Assembly (NCBI GenBank): GCA_963811065.1
Contig: CAWEPR010000016.1
Location: 19,816-83,815 of the forward strand
Origin: an uncultured Acidobacteriota bacterium
GTDB lineage: Bacteria > Acidobacteriota > Blastocatellia > Pyrinomonadales > Pyrinomonadaceae
Length of the DNA: 64,000 bases
Reading direction: 5' to 3'
Positions 29,738 to 40,466 of this stretch are shown here, in pieces. Position 1 is the stretch's first letter. Every line of letters begins with the position of its first letter. The notes under the pieces were generated by a model that saw nothing but the letters and a program-made list of their open reading frames with translations, did not search any database and was not told the DNA's origin. The position numbers and the translations under genes were made by a program.

Positions 29738-29996
29738 CGCGGCTTACACAGTCATTATCATTCGTCCGGCACAGAAGGAGATCAGAACGCTGGATCAGAC
29801 AGTCAGGGCGCGAATACTACAGGCACTTCACTCTCTAGCCAATGACCCTCGACCTTCAGGCTGTCGTAAACTCGTCGGGGCGCAAAACCGCTGGCGTATA
29901 CGTGTTGGCGACTACCGATTAATCTACGAGATTAATGATGTAACCAGCAGCTTGAGCATCATCGCGGTGAGGCATCGCAGCAAAGCATACGAATAA
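29730..29996 (+). CDS. RelE/ParE family toxin
   Basis: 88 aa. KEIRTLDQTVRARILQALHSLANDPRPSGCRKLVGAQNRWRIRVGDYRLIYEI matches the RelE/StbE pattern. Confidence 0.75.
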   Translation: MSSAAYTVIIIRPAQKEIRTLDQTVRARILQALHSLANDPRPSGCRKLVGAQNRWRIRVGDYRLIYEINDVTSSLSIIAVRHRSKAYE

Positions 29997-30024
29997 TGTG
30001 AGCGTGAGCAAGTAAATCCGCTCT

Positions 30025-30741
30025 TCACATCTTCTCTTCGTCGAGTTGCCGGAGGCTATCGAGAATCAGATTTGTGTTGCTGGCGGCATTGATGGTGACG
30101 GGAAATTCTTTAACCGACTTTTCAAAATCGAACGTCCCCGTCGTCGCTTCGACGACCTTGCGAAAAGCGTCTTCGCCTGTGGTCTCGCCCGTCTCTGCGC
30201 CGACGATGCGGCCTTCGTTAAAGTACATTCGACCCAAACGCGGGTCGCTGACGATTGAAAGAGTGCCCGTCAGACGCGAATTTTCAATCACCTGTATGGC
30301 GTCGAAGATACTGACGACCGCAAGGTCTCCGGCAAATGTGGACTTGGATTTTTCGAGGCTGCGGGATGTGGCGACCTGATCGTTTTGTTGAAGGTTTGGA
30401 CGGCGGGCGCGACGGATGGCGTCGAGGCCGGGGGCAATCGAGATGCGCGGGTCAAGGCTTTTGGCTTCGAGCAGGCGGTCGTGCGCCATCTGCAATTCCT
30501 CGCGCTCGATGTAGAGACTGGCGAGCGCGAGACATTGCCGGGCGGCTTCTTCAGGATGTTTGGCCTGTGTGATTTCGCGCAGTCGCTCGCGCAGTTGGAG
30601 AGAGCGCGGATGATGCTCAAGCGCGGTGCGAAGCCTCTTGATGGCGCGCTCCGGCGCGTGATACTTGATGAATAGCTCGGCATCAAGCAGCGCCGTTTCG
30701 ACATCTCCCTCCTGCTCTTTGCCTGTCAGTGCGTCGCTCAT
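30025..30741 (-). CDS. TPR-like N-terminal region plus a DUF4388 (PatA-N-like) domain protein
   Basis: The C-terminal LAVVSIFDAIQVIENSRLTGTLSIVSD...MYFNEGRIVGAE resembles DUF4388. Confidence 0.5.
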   Translation of the reverse strand: MSDALTGKEQEGDVETALLDAELFIKYHAPERAIKRLRTALEHHPRSLQLRERLREITQAKHPEEAARQCLALASLYIEREELQMAHDRLLEAKSLDPRISIAPGLDAIRRARRPNLQQNDQVATSRSLEKSKSTFAGDLAVVSIFDAIQVIENSRLTGTLSIVSDPRLGRMYFNEGRIVGAETGETTGEDAFRKVVEATTGTFDFEKSVKEFPVTINAASNTNLILDSLRQLDEEKM

Positions 30742-31218
30742 CGCTCTCGCTTTGGCGGTCTTGTTGCCTCGCAGTTTTCTTCCTACAACAGCAGACCAAG
30801 TTTAACACAAACGGGTCATAGCTCATCCACCATGCAGCATTCCGATGCTTCAAACACCATATCGTATAACCGGCAAGCCATGCTGACGGCGAGGCGCGTT
30901 TCCCCTCGTGCGACAACGCGAAACGCGTAGCTTATCAAGACCTCACGCAAGCTCTTAACAGATTCGGCGCAAGCTGAATTTTGATTGTCCTTAGCTGCAC
31001 AGCCTCAAAATACGTCCCGCCCGATTTAGTATGGGCTACCATACATAGCTCTATAGTTTGTATTGAGAGTGAAACATGGCATGGCGCATGCACAATGATT
31101 GGGCGAGAAGTCACAGAGGTAATTTGATTCGCCCGCGTGAAGCTCTCACTTTACAGGTCCCGAATCCACCCCCCGATGCGTTTTGCGTTTGTTCGACTCA
31201 TTTTGGAGGAGCCGAAGC

Positions 31219-31887
31219 ATGTACGATCAATTGACGTTGGAAGCCTCTAACGCCGCGACCATCAAACTGGTGAACAGTAGCTGGGCAAACTATCTGACGC
31301 GCTTTTTGCAGCGCCTCAAAGCAATCGGTCGCGTTCACAAGCTGGACGGAACGGAGGCGCTGGTCAAACGACTCAAGCGCGCGCGACCTGAAACCTACTA
31401 TCACAGCGTTCGCGTGTCTCGTGTCTCGCGCTCCATCGGGCGTGCCTTCGGTTTCGATGATGCGCGTTTGAAGCAGCTTTGCTATGCAGCCGTGCTGCAC
31501 GATGTCGGCAAGATACTTGTGCCTGAAGCTGTCCTGAATCGCCCGCGCAAACCGACGCCGACAGAGCTTTTCATTCTGCACAAGCATCCGAGCTTCGGCG
31601 CGCTCCTGGCCTCGTACTTCAATCTCCCGGCGGAGCTGCGCGTTCGCACACAGCATCACCACGAGCGTTGGGACGGGCGCGGCTACCCGCACAAACTCGG
31701 CGGCGCGGACATCCCTTTGATGGCGCGCATCGTCCAAGTGGCGGACACTTATGACGCGATGGTCTCTGACCGGCCTTACCGCAAAGCGCTCAGCCATGAG
31801 GTAGCCGCCGCAGAGCTTCGCAAGTGCGAAGGCAAGCAATTTGACCCGCAGCGTGATCGAAGCGTTTTTAGATTCATGTCCGAATAA
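31219..31887 (+). CDS. HD-GYP domain phosphodiesterase-like protein
   Basis: HDVGK and HHERWDGRGYP motifs. The ATG at 31219 lies 8 nt after GGAGGA. Confidence 0.85.
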   Translation: MYDQLTLEASNAATIKLVNSSWANYLTRFLQRLKAIGRVHKLDGTEALVKRLKRARPETYYHSVRVSRVSRSIGRAFGFDDARLKQLCYAAVLHDVGKILVPEAVLNRPRKPTPTELFILHKHPSFGALLASYFNLPAELRVRTQHHHERWDGRGYPHKLGGADIPLMARIVQVADTYDAMVSDRPYRKALSHEVAAAELRKCEGKQFDPQRDRSVFRFMSE

Positions 31888-32054
31888 GGAGTTTGAGGTG
31901 TAGTTATGAATTCGTGGATGAAGCGGCGCATTGAGCGTTCCCGCGCACGCTGTCAGCGAGCGTTGTCGAAGAGTAAGAAGGCAAGCCGCACACAATCAAA
32001 ACGGAAACCAGCGAGCAGGCTGCGACAAGTCTCCGCACCAGTTCTCACCCCACA

Positions 32055-32119
32055 CAGGATAAGTAAAATTGAGAAGTCGCTCTCAGCCAGAGGGCGGCTT
32101 CTCAATTTTACTTATCCTG
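32055..32119. terminator. Perfect 22-bp-stem palindrome between convergent genes, likely a bidirectional terminator
   Basis: CAGGATAAGTAAAATTGAGAAG (32055-32076) is the exact reverse complement of CTTCTCAATTTTACTTATCCTG (32098-32119). Confidence 0.75.
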
Positions 32120-32188
32120 GCGTCTCTTCCTTTTGAAAAGGCTCGTCGATGTGCTTGAGCTTAAGCCTCAGCCTTCACTCTTCATCGC

Positions 32189-35100
32189 CTAGAAATCGAA
32201 GCGAATCCCAATCCGAATCTGTCGCTGGCGAAGCGTGCGCGTCGGGACGAGGAAGGAATCTAGAAAAGCCTGTCGCTGTTCGGGCGTGGCCGTCGGGCTT
32301 AAGCCTGTGAAGTTGATGAACTCCGTGCCGAAGCTGAAGACGGTTTTGTTCAGGAGATTGTCAATCTCGACGACGGGGCGAAGGCGCAGGCGCTCCGTCA
32401 ATCGAAACTCGCGCGTGATGCTGAGGTCGAAGAAGAATTGACCCGGCCCTAGGCCGGCATTGCGCGGCAGGTTTCCGGTTTGACCGATGGTTGGAAGTTG
32501 AAAGGCCGAAAGCAACGCGGGGTTGAGCGGCTCGCCCGGCTCACGTGAACGCAGCAATGAAAGGTCGCCCGTGAAGATGGGGCGGTCGTTGCCCACATCA
32601 TCAAGGTTGCGGTCGATGCCGCCGACGGAGATGTTGAAGGGAGCGCCCGACGCGAGACGCAGGATGGGCGAAAGACGCAGGCGTCCGAGCCATGACGGCG
32701 TGTCGAACGTCCCGGAAAAGACGAAACGATGTCGGCGGTCGAGCAGGCTGCGCGAGCGTTCGCCGCGAAAGTCGCCGACGGTGAGCGCGCTCGAAGTGTT
32801 GACGATGCCGTCGTCAATCAGGCGCGAGAGCGTGTAGGCGGCGCGGAACGAAAACCCGAAGCCGCGTTTTGCTGCGACGAAAGCGGCGTCGCAGTTCAAG
32901 CGTCAGGCCGTGATAGAAACTGTTGCCGATGGAGGCAAGCTGCTCGATATGTGCGCGCGTCGGGTCTGGCCGAAGCTGATTCAAAGCGTCGAGCGCAACT
33001 TCGAGCGTCGTGGTCGAACTGATGCTGTTGAGATTGAAGATGGAGATGGGCACGCCGAATTCAAGGATGCGCCCGATGGCGTTTGGGTTCGCGGGGTCTG
33101 TCGACGGAGTCGTGAAGCGGACAAGATCTCCGGCCGTGCGAAACATCATAGAGCGGGCGCGGGCAATCAGGGCAGGGTTCAAAGTTCGGGAAATCGCGCG
33201 AGAGCAGAAAGTCTGTGAAGCTCTGGAAACCTGCGGGCAAGCGGGGAGCGTTGGCGTTGAATTCTCGCCAGAGATGGATGCCGCGATTGTAGGTGTAGTT
33301 GGCCTCAAAGACGAAGAGGCGGCCCAGCTCGCGCTCGAAACCGACGTTGGCCTGATAGCTTTCGGGAATTCGTAAATCGGGATCGAGGCGGCGAGCAAAA
33401 CCAGTGTTGAGCAAGCCGCTCTGGCGGACGATCGCGGAGTCGGCGTCAGGACCTGCGGGAAAGTTAGATTCCTGGAGATAAAGTCGAGCCGCTCCGAAGT
33501 GCTCAGGACTGTGCCGGTCACGGGGTTGCGCAGATCGTTCGTGTCGAAGAAAAGTTGCTGCGTGCCGAGCGTGAAATCGTCAATTGTTCTCAAGAGCGCG
33601 CGGTTGTAAAAGATTCCCGCCCCAACGCGAATGACGGTCTTGCCGGACTTGAAAGGATCATAGGCGAGGGCAAAGCGCGGCCCGAAATTGTTGCGGTCGC
33701 GCACGATTGTTTCGTTCTCGTAGCGCAGGCCGTAGCTCAACGTCAGGTTAGGCTTCAAGCGCCACTCGTCCTGCACGAAGAGGCCGAAGTAAGTATTGCG
33801 CTGCGTTGATTCGGTCTGAAAATTCTGGCGGAAGCGGCTCGGCGTGTTCGCCAGAAAATCTGCCGCGCTTGCGAAGGTGAACGTGCCGGAGGCGTCTCGA
33901 AAGATCTATGAAGGTCGAGCGGATGTGCTGAAAGTCTCCGCCGAATTTCAGAGAGTGCGCGCCCGCAACCATGGCAAACGCATCTTGAGCTTGAAAACGA
34001 TTCTCGCTGCGGTCGGTCGCGCCCGAAGTCGAAGAGCCTGCGACGAGCGTGCCTGAGCGCTGATCGGGGTCGTCGGAAGGAAGCGGGTCGTTAAGTGTAA
34101 TCAGAACGACGGGGCGGCGGTCTCCGTTCGCCTCAACCGCAATCGCAGGCGTCAGGCGCGAAAACTGAAAGCGCGTTTGATTGACGACTTCGGCGAGAAG
34201 ACATAGTTGTCGGAGTAGGAAATGGCGTCCGTGTTGCGCGTTCTGCCGAGAAGGCTTTCGGCGAGGCGATTGCCGCCGCCAAACTGCCGCAAATTTTTCT
34301 GGCGGCCCAGTTGGTAGAGCATCGAGCCGTTATGCAGGTCTGAGAATTTGTGATCTATCCGCGCCGTGAAGATGCTGTTTTTGACGGGCGTGCTGAGCGT
34401 TGAAACAAACGGCGCGAGATCCGGCTGTCGTTGCCGGGTACGGCGACGGTCTTCCGGCGTCGCCCGATGATGGTCGGCGCAGGGATAGGGAAGAGCGGAT
34501 TCTGCGCGACGGGCACGAGCGTATCTATCGTCGCCGAGTCGAGGATGGTGTCGTACTCGTAAGCCGTGAAGAAGAAGGTGCGCTTGCGCCCGTCATAGAA
34601 GCGGCAATCGAACCGGGCCGCTAAAGGTGAAGCCCGGATTATGTTCTTCAAGCGGGAGGCGCGGCAAACCGAGCGAGTTGTTTCGCAACGTGTTGGCGTT
34701 GAAGATGTCGTTGCGGTAGAAATGGAACACACGTCCGCGATATTGATTTGAGCCGCCGCGCGTGCGGATGTTGATGCGCCCGCCGCTGGCCCGTCCATAC
34801 TCCGCCGAAAACTGGTTCGTGATGATCTGCACTTCTTCGACGGCTTCAATCGAAGGTTGGAAACGCTCACGTGCGGCGCGGTCGTCGTTATTGTCGAGCC
34901 CGTCAATCGTGATGTTGTTTGAGTAGGCAGGGCCACCCGACAGCGCAAACGTGCCGGCCTCTTCAGGAGTGTTGCTCGGACTGGTGTTCCTATCTTCGGC
35001 AAGGTCGCGCGTCGAGAGCGGTTCTTCCGTCACGCCGCCGAGCGTAAAGATCAGATCGAGCGGCGAGCGCGAAGAGTTGGGCAGGGCTTCGACTTCTGCG

Positions 35101-35565
35101 GTCGTGACCGTTCCGCCGACGACCGTGCGCGTCGTATCAACCACAGGCGTTTCGGCTTCGCTGACGACGACCTGCTCGGCTGTCACGTCTGCCGGCCGCA
35201 GCGCGAAATCGAGTTGCACGTTCTGTCCGGCGATGGTGACGAGATTCGTTTTCTCTTCCGTCGCAAAGCCTGCGGAAGATGACGCGCACAATATATTCGC
35301 CCGGCTCAAGCTCGATAATCCGGTAGCGCCCTTCGTCGTTGGCCTCGACAGTGCGCTCGACGCCGGTTTTGACGAGCACCGCCGTCACGGTAGCGCCCGG
35401 AATGATCGCGCCGTTCTGGTCTGCGATGCGCCCGCTGATGGTCACGTCGTCGAGGTCTTGCGCGTGAGCCGCCGCGGGCATGAACGCAGCCGCAGCCGCG
35501 AATGCCAGCAATAACACCGAGAGCCGCGCTCCCCTTATAAAAAGATGCGAGGACTTACCATTCAT
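32189..35565 (-). pseudogene. TonB-dependent receptor with an N-terminal carboxypeptidase-regulatory-like domain, broken by at least six frameshifts
   Basis: It has a signal peptide, a CarboxypepD_reg-like block (ISGRIADQNGAIIPGATVTAVLVKTGVERTVEANDEGRYRIIELEPGEYIV) and a plug region (NITIDGLDNND...FSAEYGRASGG). Barrel segments are spread over ORFs 34593-35309, 34355-35002, 32814-33776 and 32189-32899. It ends in the canonical ...RIGIRFDF. Confidence 0.7.
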
Positions 35566-35679
35566 AACAAGTTTATCTCAGACTTGAACAAGTTGAGCGG
35601 GAGACCGAGAAGCCGTCAAACCGCCAGTGCGAAAACTGAAAATTGAGAAATTATTTATGAAGGAGACAGCGGGCGAACT

Positions 35680-36132
35680 TTAGCACCCTGCGCGGACAAG
35701 CACAAGGATAACGGAGAAGGAATTTATCTGCGCGAAGCCGAACGGCGGCGCAGCCGCAGGACGGTCGCGTGCGAGGCGGGAATGAGCGCGCCAGCTTCGG
35801 GCGGAGGCGGCGCATCCGTGAAATTGCGCGAACTCTTCGGCGTGCGTTTGCAGGTATTCAAAGAAGCGCTCAAACTCGCGGTGCATCGCGTCCATCTTCT
35901 CGCGCATGTTGAGGATGATTTCAACGCCCGCCAGATTCACACCCAGATCGCGCGTCAAAGAAAGGATGACTTCAAGCCGCTCAAGATCAGTATCCGTATA
36001 GAGACGCGTGTTGCCTTCAGAGCGCGAAGGTTTCAACAACCCCTCACGCTCGTAGAGACGCAACGTCTGCGGGTGAATCTCGTATTGATCCGCCACCGCG
36101 CTGATCGTATATGTCTCGGCTTTACGCTTCAT
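35680..36132 (-). CDS. hspR: MerR-family heat-shock repressor HspR
   Basis: YTISAVADQYEIHPQTLRLYEREGLLKPSRSEGNTRLYTDTDLERLEVI, and it is the last gene of the dnaK-dnaJ cluster. Confidence 0.7.
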   Translation of the reverse strand: MKRKAETYTISAVADQYEIHPQTLRLYEREGLLKPSRSEGNTRLYTDTDLERLEVILSLTRDLGVNLAGVEIILNMREKMDAMHREFERFFEYLQTHAEEFAQFHGCAASARSWRAHSRLARDRPAAAPPFGFAQINSFSVILVLVRAGC

Positions 36133-36139
36133 AATAGAT

Positions 36140-36207
36140 AGTTTCGAGTTGCGTGTTTCGAGTTAAAACAGAGTTCTTTAACCCGAAACTCGTAACTCGA
36201 TAACTCG
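36140..36207. repeat. Heptad-periodic palindromic element, GTTTCGA family
   Basis: GTTTCGA GTTGCGT GTTTCGA GTTAAA opposite TTTAACCCGAAACTCGTAACTCGATAACTCG, between dnaJ and hspR. Confidence 0.85.
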
Positions 36208-36211
36208 TCAC

Positions 36212-37402
36212 TTACTCCAACCCCATCGCCACGCGCGGGTTCTCTTCGTTGAGTCTGCGCGTAGCGTTTCAAGAGTTCCTTGGTCTCTTCCGAAATCACG
36301 TTGGGCAGTGTGACCTGCACTTCGACAAACTGGTCGCCGCGCAGGTTCGGGTTTCTTAAAGAAGGCACGCCGCGCTCGCGCAGGCGAAACTTTTGGCCCG
36401 ACTGCGTGCCGGGCGGAATACGCAATTGCGCTTTGCCCTCAACCGTCGGCACTTCGATTTTCGCACCCAACGCCGCTTCCGGCACTGTCAGAGGCACGGT
36501 CACATAAATGTTGTCGCCCTTGCGCGTAAAATATTTGTGCCGCCCGACGTTGGTGATGATGTAGAGATCGCCCGGAGGCGCGCCCAATCGCCCGCCTTCG
36601 CCTTTGCCCGCGATACGCACGCGCGAGCCTGTATCCACGCCCGCCGGAATGCGTATCTTGACGGTCTCGTTTTTCGGCAGAACCCCGCTGCCTTTGCAAA
36701 GCGCGCAGGGCTGACGCCGCTTGCCCAGTGCCGCCGCAATCCGGGCATTCCTGCGAAAATTTTAAACGCCCGCCTGCGCGTTGCACCTGGCCAGAGCCTT
36801 TGCAGGTCGAGCAGGTCACGACCGGCCCGCCCGTATCGCCCGCCCCATTGCACCGCGTGCATTGCTCTGAGCGATTGACGGTGATGTTGGTCATCATGCC
36901 CGTGATGGATTCCTCGAAAGAGAGCGCCAGCGGCATCTCTATGTCCGCTCCGCGCTTTGGTTGAGGGCGCGGCGGCTCGCGCTCCGCTGCTTGGAGGCTG
37001 AGCCGCCGAAGAGGTCTGCGAAGATGTCTCGAAAACTTGAGCCGCCGCCACCAGCGCTGCCGACTGCCAGACGCGCCGGAAGCGCCCCAGTCGAAGCCGT
37101 CAAAGTCGAAGCCGGGAGCAGCGCGGCCTCCAGCACCCGCCGCCGGGAGTCGCGCCGCGCGCTGCCGCCTCCGCCAGATTGTCCGAGTATTGGCCGAAGC
37201 GATCATAGACCTTGCGCTTCTTCTCATCGGAGAGCACGTCATGCGCCTCCGTGATGAGCTTGAAACGATCTTCGGCAGACTTGTCGCCCGGATTCACGTC
37301 CGGGTGATGCTTACGCGCCAGCCGCCGATAAGCCTTCTTGATCTCATCCGGCTTCGCGTCGCGCTTGATGCCCAGCACCTGATAGTAATCTTGTTTAGCC
37401 AT
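36212..37402 (-). pseudogene. dnaJ: Chaperone DnaJ, fragmented by several frameshifts (probably sequence error)
   Basis: The J domain [40 protein letters not shown] starts at 37402. The CxxCxGxG zinc-finger repeats (CTRCNGAG, CSTCKGSG, CPDCGGTG) lie in the frame of ORF 36439-37242. The C-terminal domain is in ORF 36129-36638. The natural end LNEENPRVAMGLE stop (36212-36214) is in yet another frame. Confidence 0.8.
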
Positions 37403-37456
37403 AAGACAGTTTCGCAGTGGCAGTGTTCGGGTGTGCACGTTTTTAAAGCCCGCCTA

Positions 37457-37490
37457 GCCCGAAACTCGCTGCCCGAAACTCGAAATTTCG
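37457..37490. repeat. Solo arm of the GTTTCGA/CGAAACT family plus a mini-hairpin
   Basis: AGCCCGAAACTCGCTGCCCGAAACTCGAAATTTCG, between dnaK and dnaJ. Confidence 0.7.
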
Positions 37491-39433
37491 TTACTTGTTT
37501 TCGTCTACGTCAACGTATTCGGCGTCAATGACGTTGTCGTCGCCGCCGCCGCCGGTTGTGCCCTGTGAGACGAGGCGGAAGACGCGCCTGCGGCTGAAGC
37601 CTGCTCGTCTGCGCTCGCATCGCCGCCGGCCGAACTGCCCTGCTGCTGGTAGAGCGCTTCTGCGATCTTGTGCGATGCGGTTTGCAGCGTATTGAAGGCT
37701 TCGTTCATGCGCTCCACGCCGCCTTCTTCCGCCGCCTTCTTCGCGTCCGCCAGCGCCGTCTCGACTTCCGAAGCAGCCGAAGCATCCAGCTTGTCGTGGT
37801 TCTCGTTGAAGGTCTTCTCGACCTGATAGATCTGAGAATCCAGACGATTGCGCGCTTCTATCTCTTCACGCTTACGCTGGTCGTCAGCCGAGTGCGATTC
37901 GGCATCGCGCATCATCTTGTCAATCTCGTCCTTCGAGAGACCGCTTGATGCCGTGATCGTAATCTTCTGCTCACGTCCCGTGCCCATGTCTTTGGCCGAG
38001 ACGTTGACGATGCCGTTGGCGTCAATGTCAAAGGTCACTTCGACCTGCGGCATGCCGCGCGGTGCGGGCGGAATCCCGACCAGATGGAACTTGCCTAACG
38101 TGCGATTATCGCCCGCCATCTGGCGCTCGCCCTGAAGCACGTGGACTTCGACTGACGTTTGATTGTCCGAGGCCGTCGAGAAGACTTCAGATTTGCGGGT
38201 CGGAATCGTCGTGTTGCGCTCGATCAGTTTAGTGAAGACGCCGCCGAGGGTTTCGATCCCAAGCGAGAGCGGCGTCACGTCGAGCAGCAGGATGTCGGTC
38301 TTCTCGCCGGAGAGCACGCCCGCCTGCACGGCCGCGCCGATGGCCACGACTTCGTCAGGGTTCACGCTCTTGTTCGGCTCTTTGCCGAAGATGCCTTTGA
38401 CTATCTCCTGAACTTTCGGGATACGTGTTGAGCCGCCGACGAGCACGACCTCGTCAACCTTCTTCGCGTCAATCCCGGCATCCTTGATCGCCTGCTCGAC
38501 AGGTGTTTTGAGCCGCTGCAAAATCTGCTCAATCAACTGCTCGAACTTGGCGCGAGTGAGTTTCATCACCAGGTGCTTCGGACCCGACTGGTCGGCGGTG
38601 ATGAAGGGCAGATTGATCTCCGTCTCCATCGCGCTTGATAGCTCGATCTTGGCCTTCTCCGCCGCTTCCTTCAGTCGCTGCAAAGCCATCTTGTCGTTCG
38701 AGAGGTCGATGCCCTGATCTTTCTTGAACTCTTCCGTAATCCACTCCATCAGGCGTTCGTCAATGTCGTCGCCGCCAAGATGCGTGTCGCCGTTGGTGGA
38801 TTTCACTTCGACCACACCTTCGCCGACTTCGAGAATGGAGATGTCGAACGTTCCGCCGCCAAAATCGAAGACGGCGATGGTTTCGTCCTTCTTCTTATCA
38901 AGGCCGTAAGCGAGCGCGGCTGCCGTCGGCTCGTTGACGATACGCATGACTTCTAAGCCTGCGATGCGGCCAGCGTCTTTGGTCGCCTGACGCTGTGCGT
39001 CGTTGAAGTAGGCCGGAACGGTGATGACCGCTTTATCAACCTTCTGCCCCAGATAATCTTCGGCAGACTGTTTCATCTTTTGCAGGACCATCGCCGAAAT
39101 CTCCGGCGGGCTGTACTCTTTGCCGCCCGCCACGATGCGAACGTCGCTGCCAGTGGCTTTCACTTCATACGGCACTTGCTTCTTCTCTTCAGAGACTTCG
39201 TCAAAGCGCCGTCCCATGAAACGTTTGATTGAATAGACCGTGTTCTCAGGATTGGTGACGGCCTGACGTTTGGCGACCTGTCCGACGAGACGATTGCCGT
39301 CCTTGGTGAAGGCGACGACCGAAGGGGTCGTGCGCCCGCCCTCCGAGTTGGTGATGACGATCGGCTCGCCGCCTTCCATCACGGCCACCACGGAGTTGGT
39401 CGTGCCCAAATCAATTCCAATAATCTTGCTCAT
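37491..39433 (-). CDS. dnaK: Chaperone DnaK (Hsp70), with an apparent frameshift in the last ~25 codons near 37565
   Basis: [26 protein letters not shown] and [10 protein letters not shown] motifs. The canonical tail [25 protein letters not shown] with its stop at 37491-37493 is read in a different frame from the ORF-track end. Confidence 0.9.
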
Positions 39434-39576
39434 TGCTCTCTTCTCCCAATATTGATTGGCCGCTCTCCCCTTAATCTATCGGGGAAACGGCCTTAAGATG
39501 CGCCCGCCGCTCGTTTTTGACTCTCACCGGACATGCCTGTCACGGCTCAATTGAATTACGGGTTGAACGCCTCGTT

Positions 39577-39605
39577 AATATAATATCTGAGTCCCTCTTT
39601 GTCAA
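39577..39605 (-). promoter_or_regulatory. Candidate sigma-70-type promoter for dnaK, overlapping a HAIR-like inverted repeat
   Basis: On the minus strand, TTGACA (39600-39605), a 17-nt spacer, then TATATT (39577-82), about 145 nt upstream of the dnaK ATG. CTTGACA-N7-ACTCAGA overlaps the -35 element. Confidence 0.4.
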
Positions 39606-39695
39606 GTTTTAATTAGGCCGGAACGGTAACCTGTGGCGGAAAGGTAAGTGGTGAAATGTTATAGGTTAAAGCCAGTCCAAGGTGTGCTGCGACGC

Positions 39696-40355
39696 TCACT
39701 CACCGTTCTGACGCCGTTCTTCGTTGACGAGGCGGGAGGCGAAAAAGATGTAATGGACGCCGGAGAGCACTGCGAAGCCGAAGACGGTGGTGTAGACGGT
39801 CGGCAGATAGCCGCTCAAAGACGGGTAGCTTGCAGCGATGAGAATGGCGGCGATGGCCAGAATCTGCACGGTCGTGTTGATCTTGCCCAGCATGGAGGGG
39901 CGAAACTTACTGAATCCGGTCACGATGTTGATGGCCGCCGCGCCGACGATTATGAAAATATCGCGGCTGATGACGACGACCGTCACCCAGAAAGGGATGG
40001 GGAAGTGGCGCGGCATGGGCTGCGGAGCGATTGCCGGAACTGAGAGGACGATGAAAGATGTCACGAGCAGGAGCTTGTCGGCGATGGGGTCTAGAATCGT
40101 TCCCAACTGAGAGCCTTGATTTAAGCGACGCGCGAGGAGTCCGTCCAGCCCGTCCGTCAACCCTGCGAGAACGAAGACGCCGAGCGCCCATGAGAATTTC
40201 CGGGAGAAGAGAAGCGAAACGAAAACCGGAATCAGCGCCATGCGGAACATGGTCAGCAGATTCGGCACCGTGACAATCCGGGAAGAAACGGGGGGATTTT
40301 TGGCTTTTGATTTTTGATTCTTAATTGGAGCTGGATGAGGTCTTGTCTTCGTCAT
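39696..40355 (-). CDS. CDP-alcohol phosphatidyltransferase (PgsA-like)
   Basis: DGLDGLLARRLNQGSQLGTILDPIADK matches the DG(x2)AR(x8)G(x3)D(x3)D motif. The first ~25 codons translate one arm of a palindromic repeat, so a GTG start at 40268, just before PNLLTMFR, is an alternative. Confidence 0.75.
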   Translation of the reverse strand: MTKTRPHPAPIKNQKSKAKNPPVSSRIVTVPNLLTMFRMALIPVFVSLLFSRKFSWALGVFVLAGLTDGLDGLLARRLNQGSQLGTILDPIADKLLLVTSFIVLSVPAIAPQPMPRHFPIPFWVTVVVISRDIFIIVGAAAINIVTGFSKFRPSMLGKINTTVQILAIAAILIAASYPSLSGYLPTVYTTVFGFAVLSGVHYIFFASRLVNEERRQNGE

Positions 40356-40410
40356 CTTAAATCTCAGACTTCAGGTTGAGAATCAAAAATCGCAAATCAG
40401 AAAGAGAATC
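40295..40410. repeat. Heptad-periodic palindromic element, GATTTTT family, spanning the annotated pgsA-like start
   Basis: GATTTTTGGCTTTTGATTTTTGATTC opposite GAGAATCAAAAATCGCAAATCAGAAAG. The ORF-track ATG (40353-40355) sits in the loop. Confidence 0.8.
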
Positions 40411-40466
40411 CGTAGAGCATTGAAAGCCGCGCATTATAGTGACCATTCGCAGAGCAGCGCAAGCTC

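Noticed and set aside
32189-37600. Programmed ribosomal frameshifting as the explanation for the frame breaks
   Set aside because: There are too many breaks, in both directions, in unrelated genes and without slippery heptamers or downstream pseudoknots at the sites inspected. Indel error or decay explains them better.
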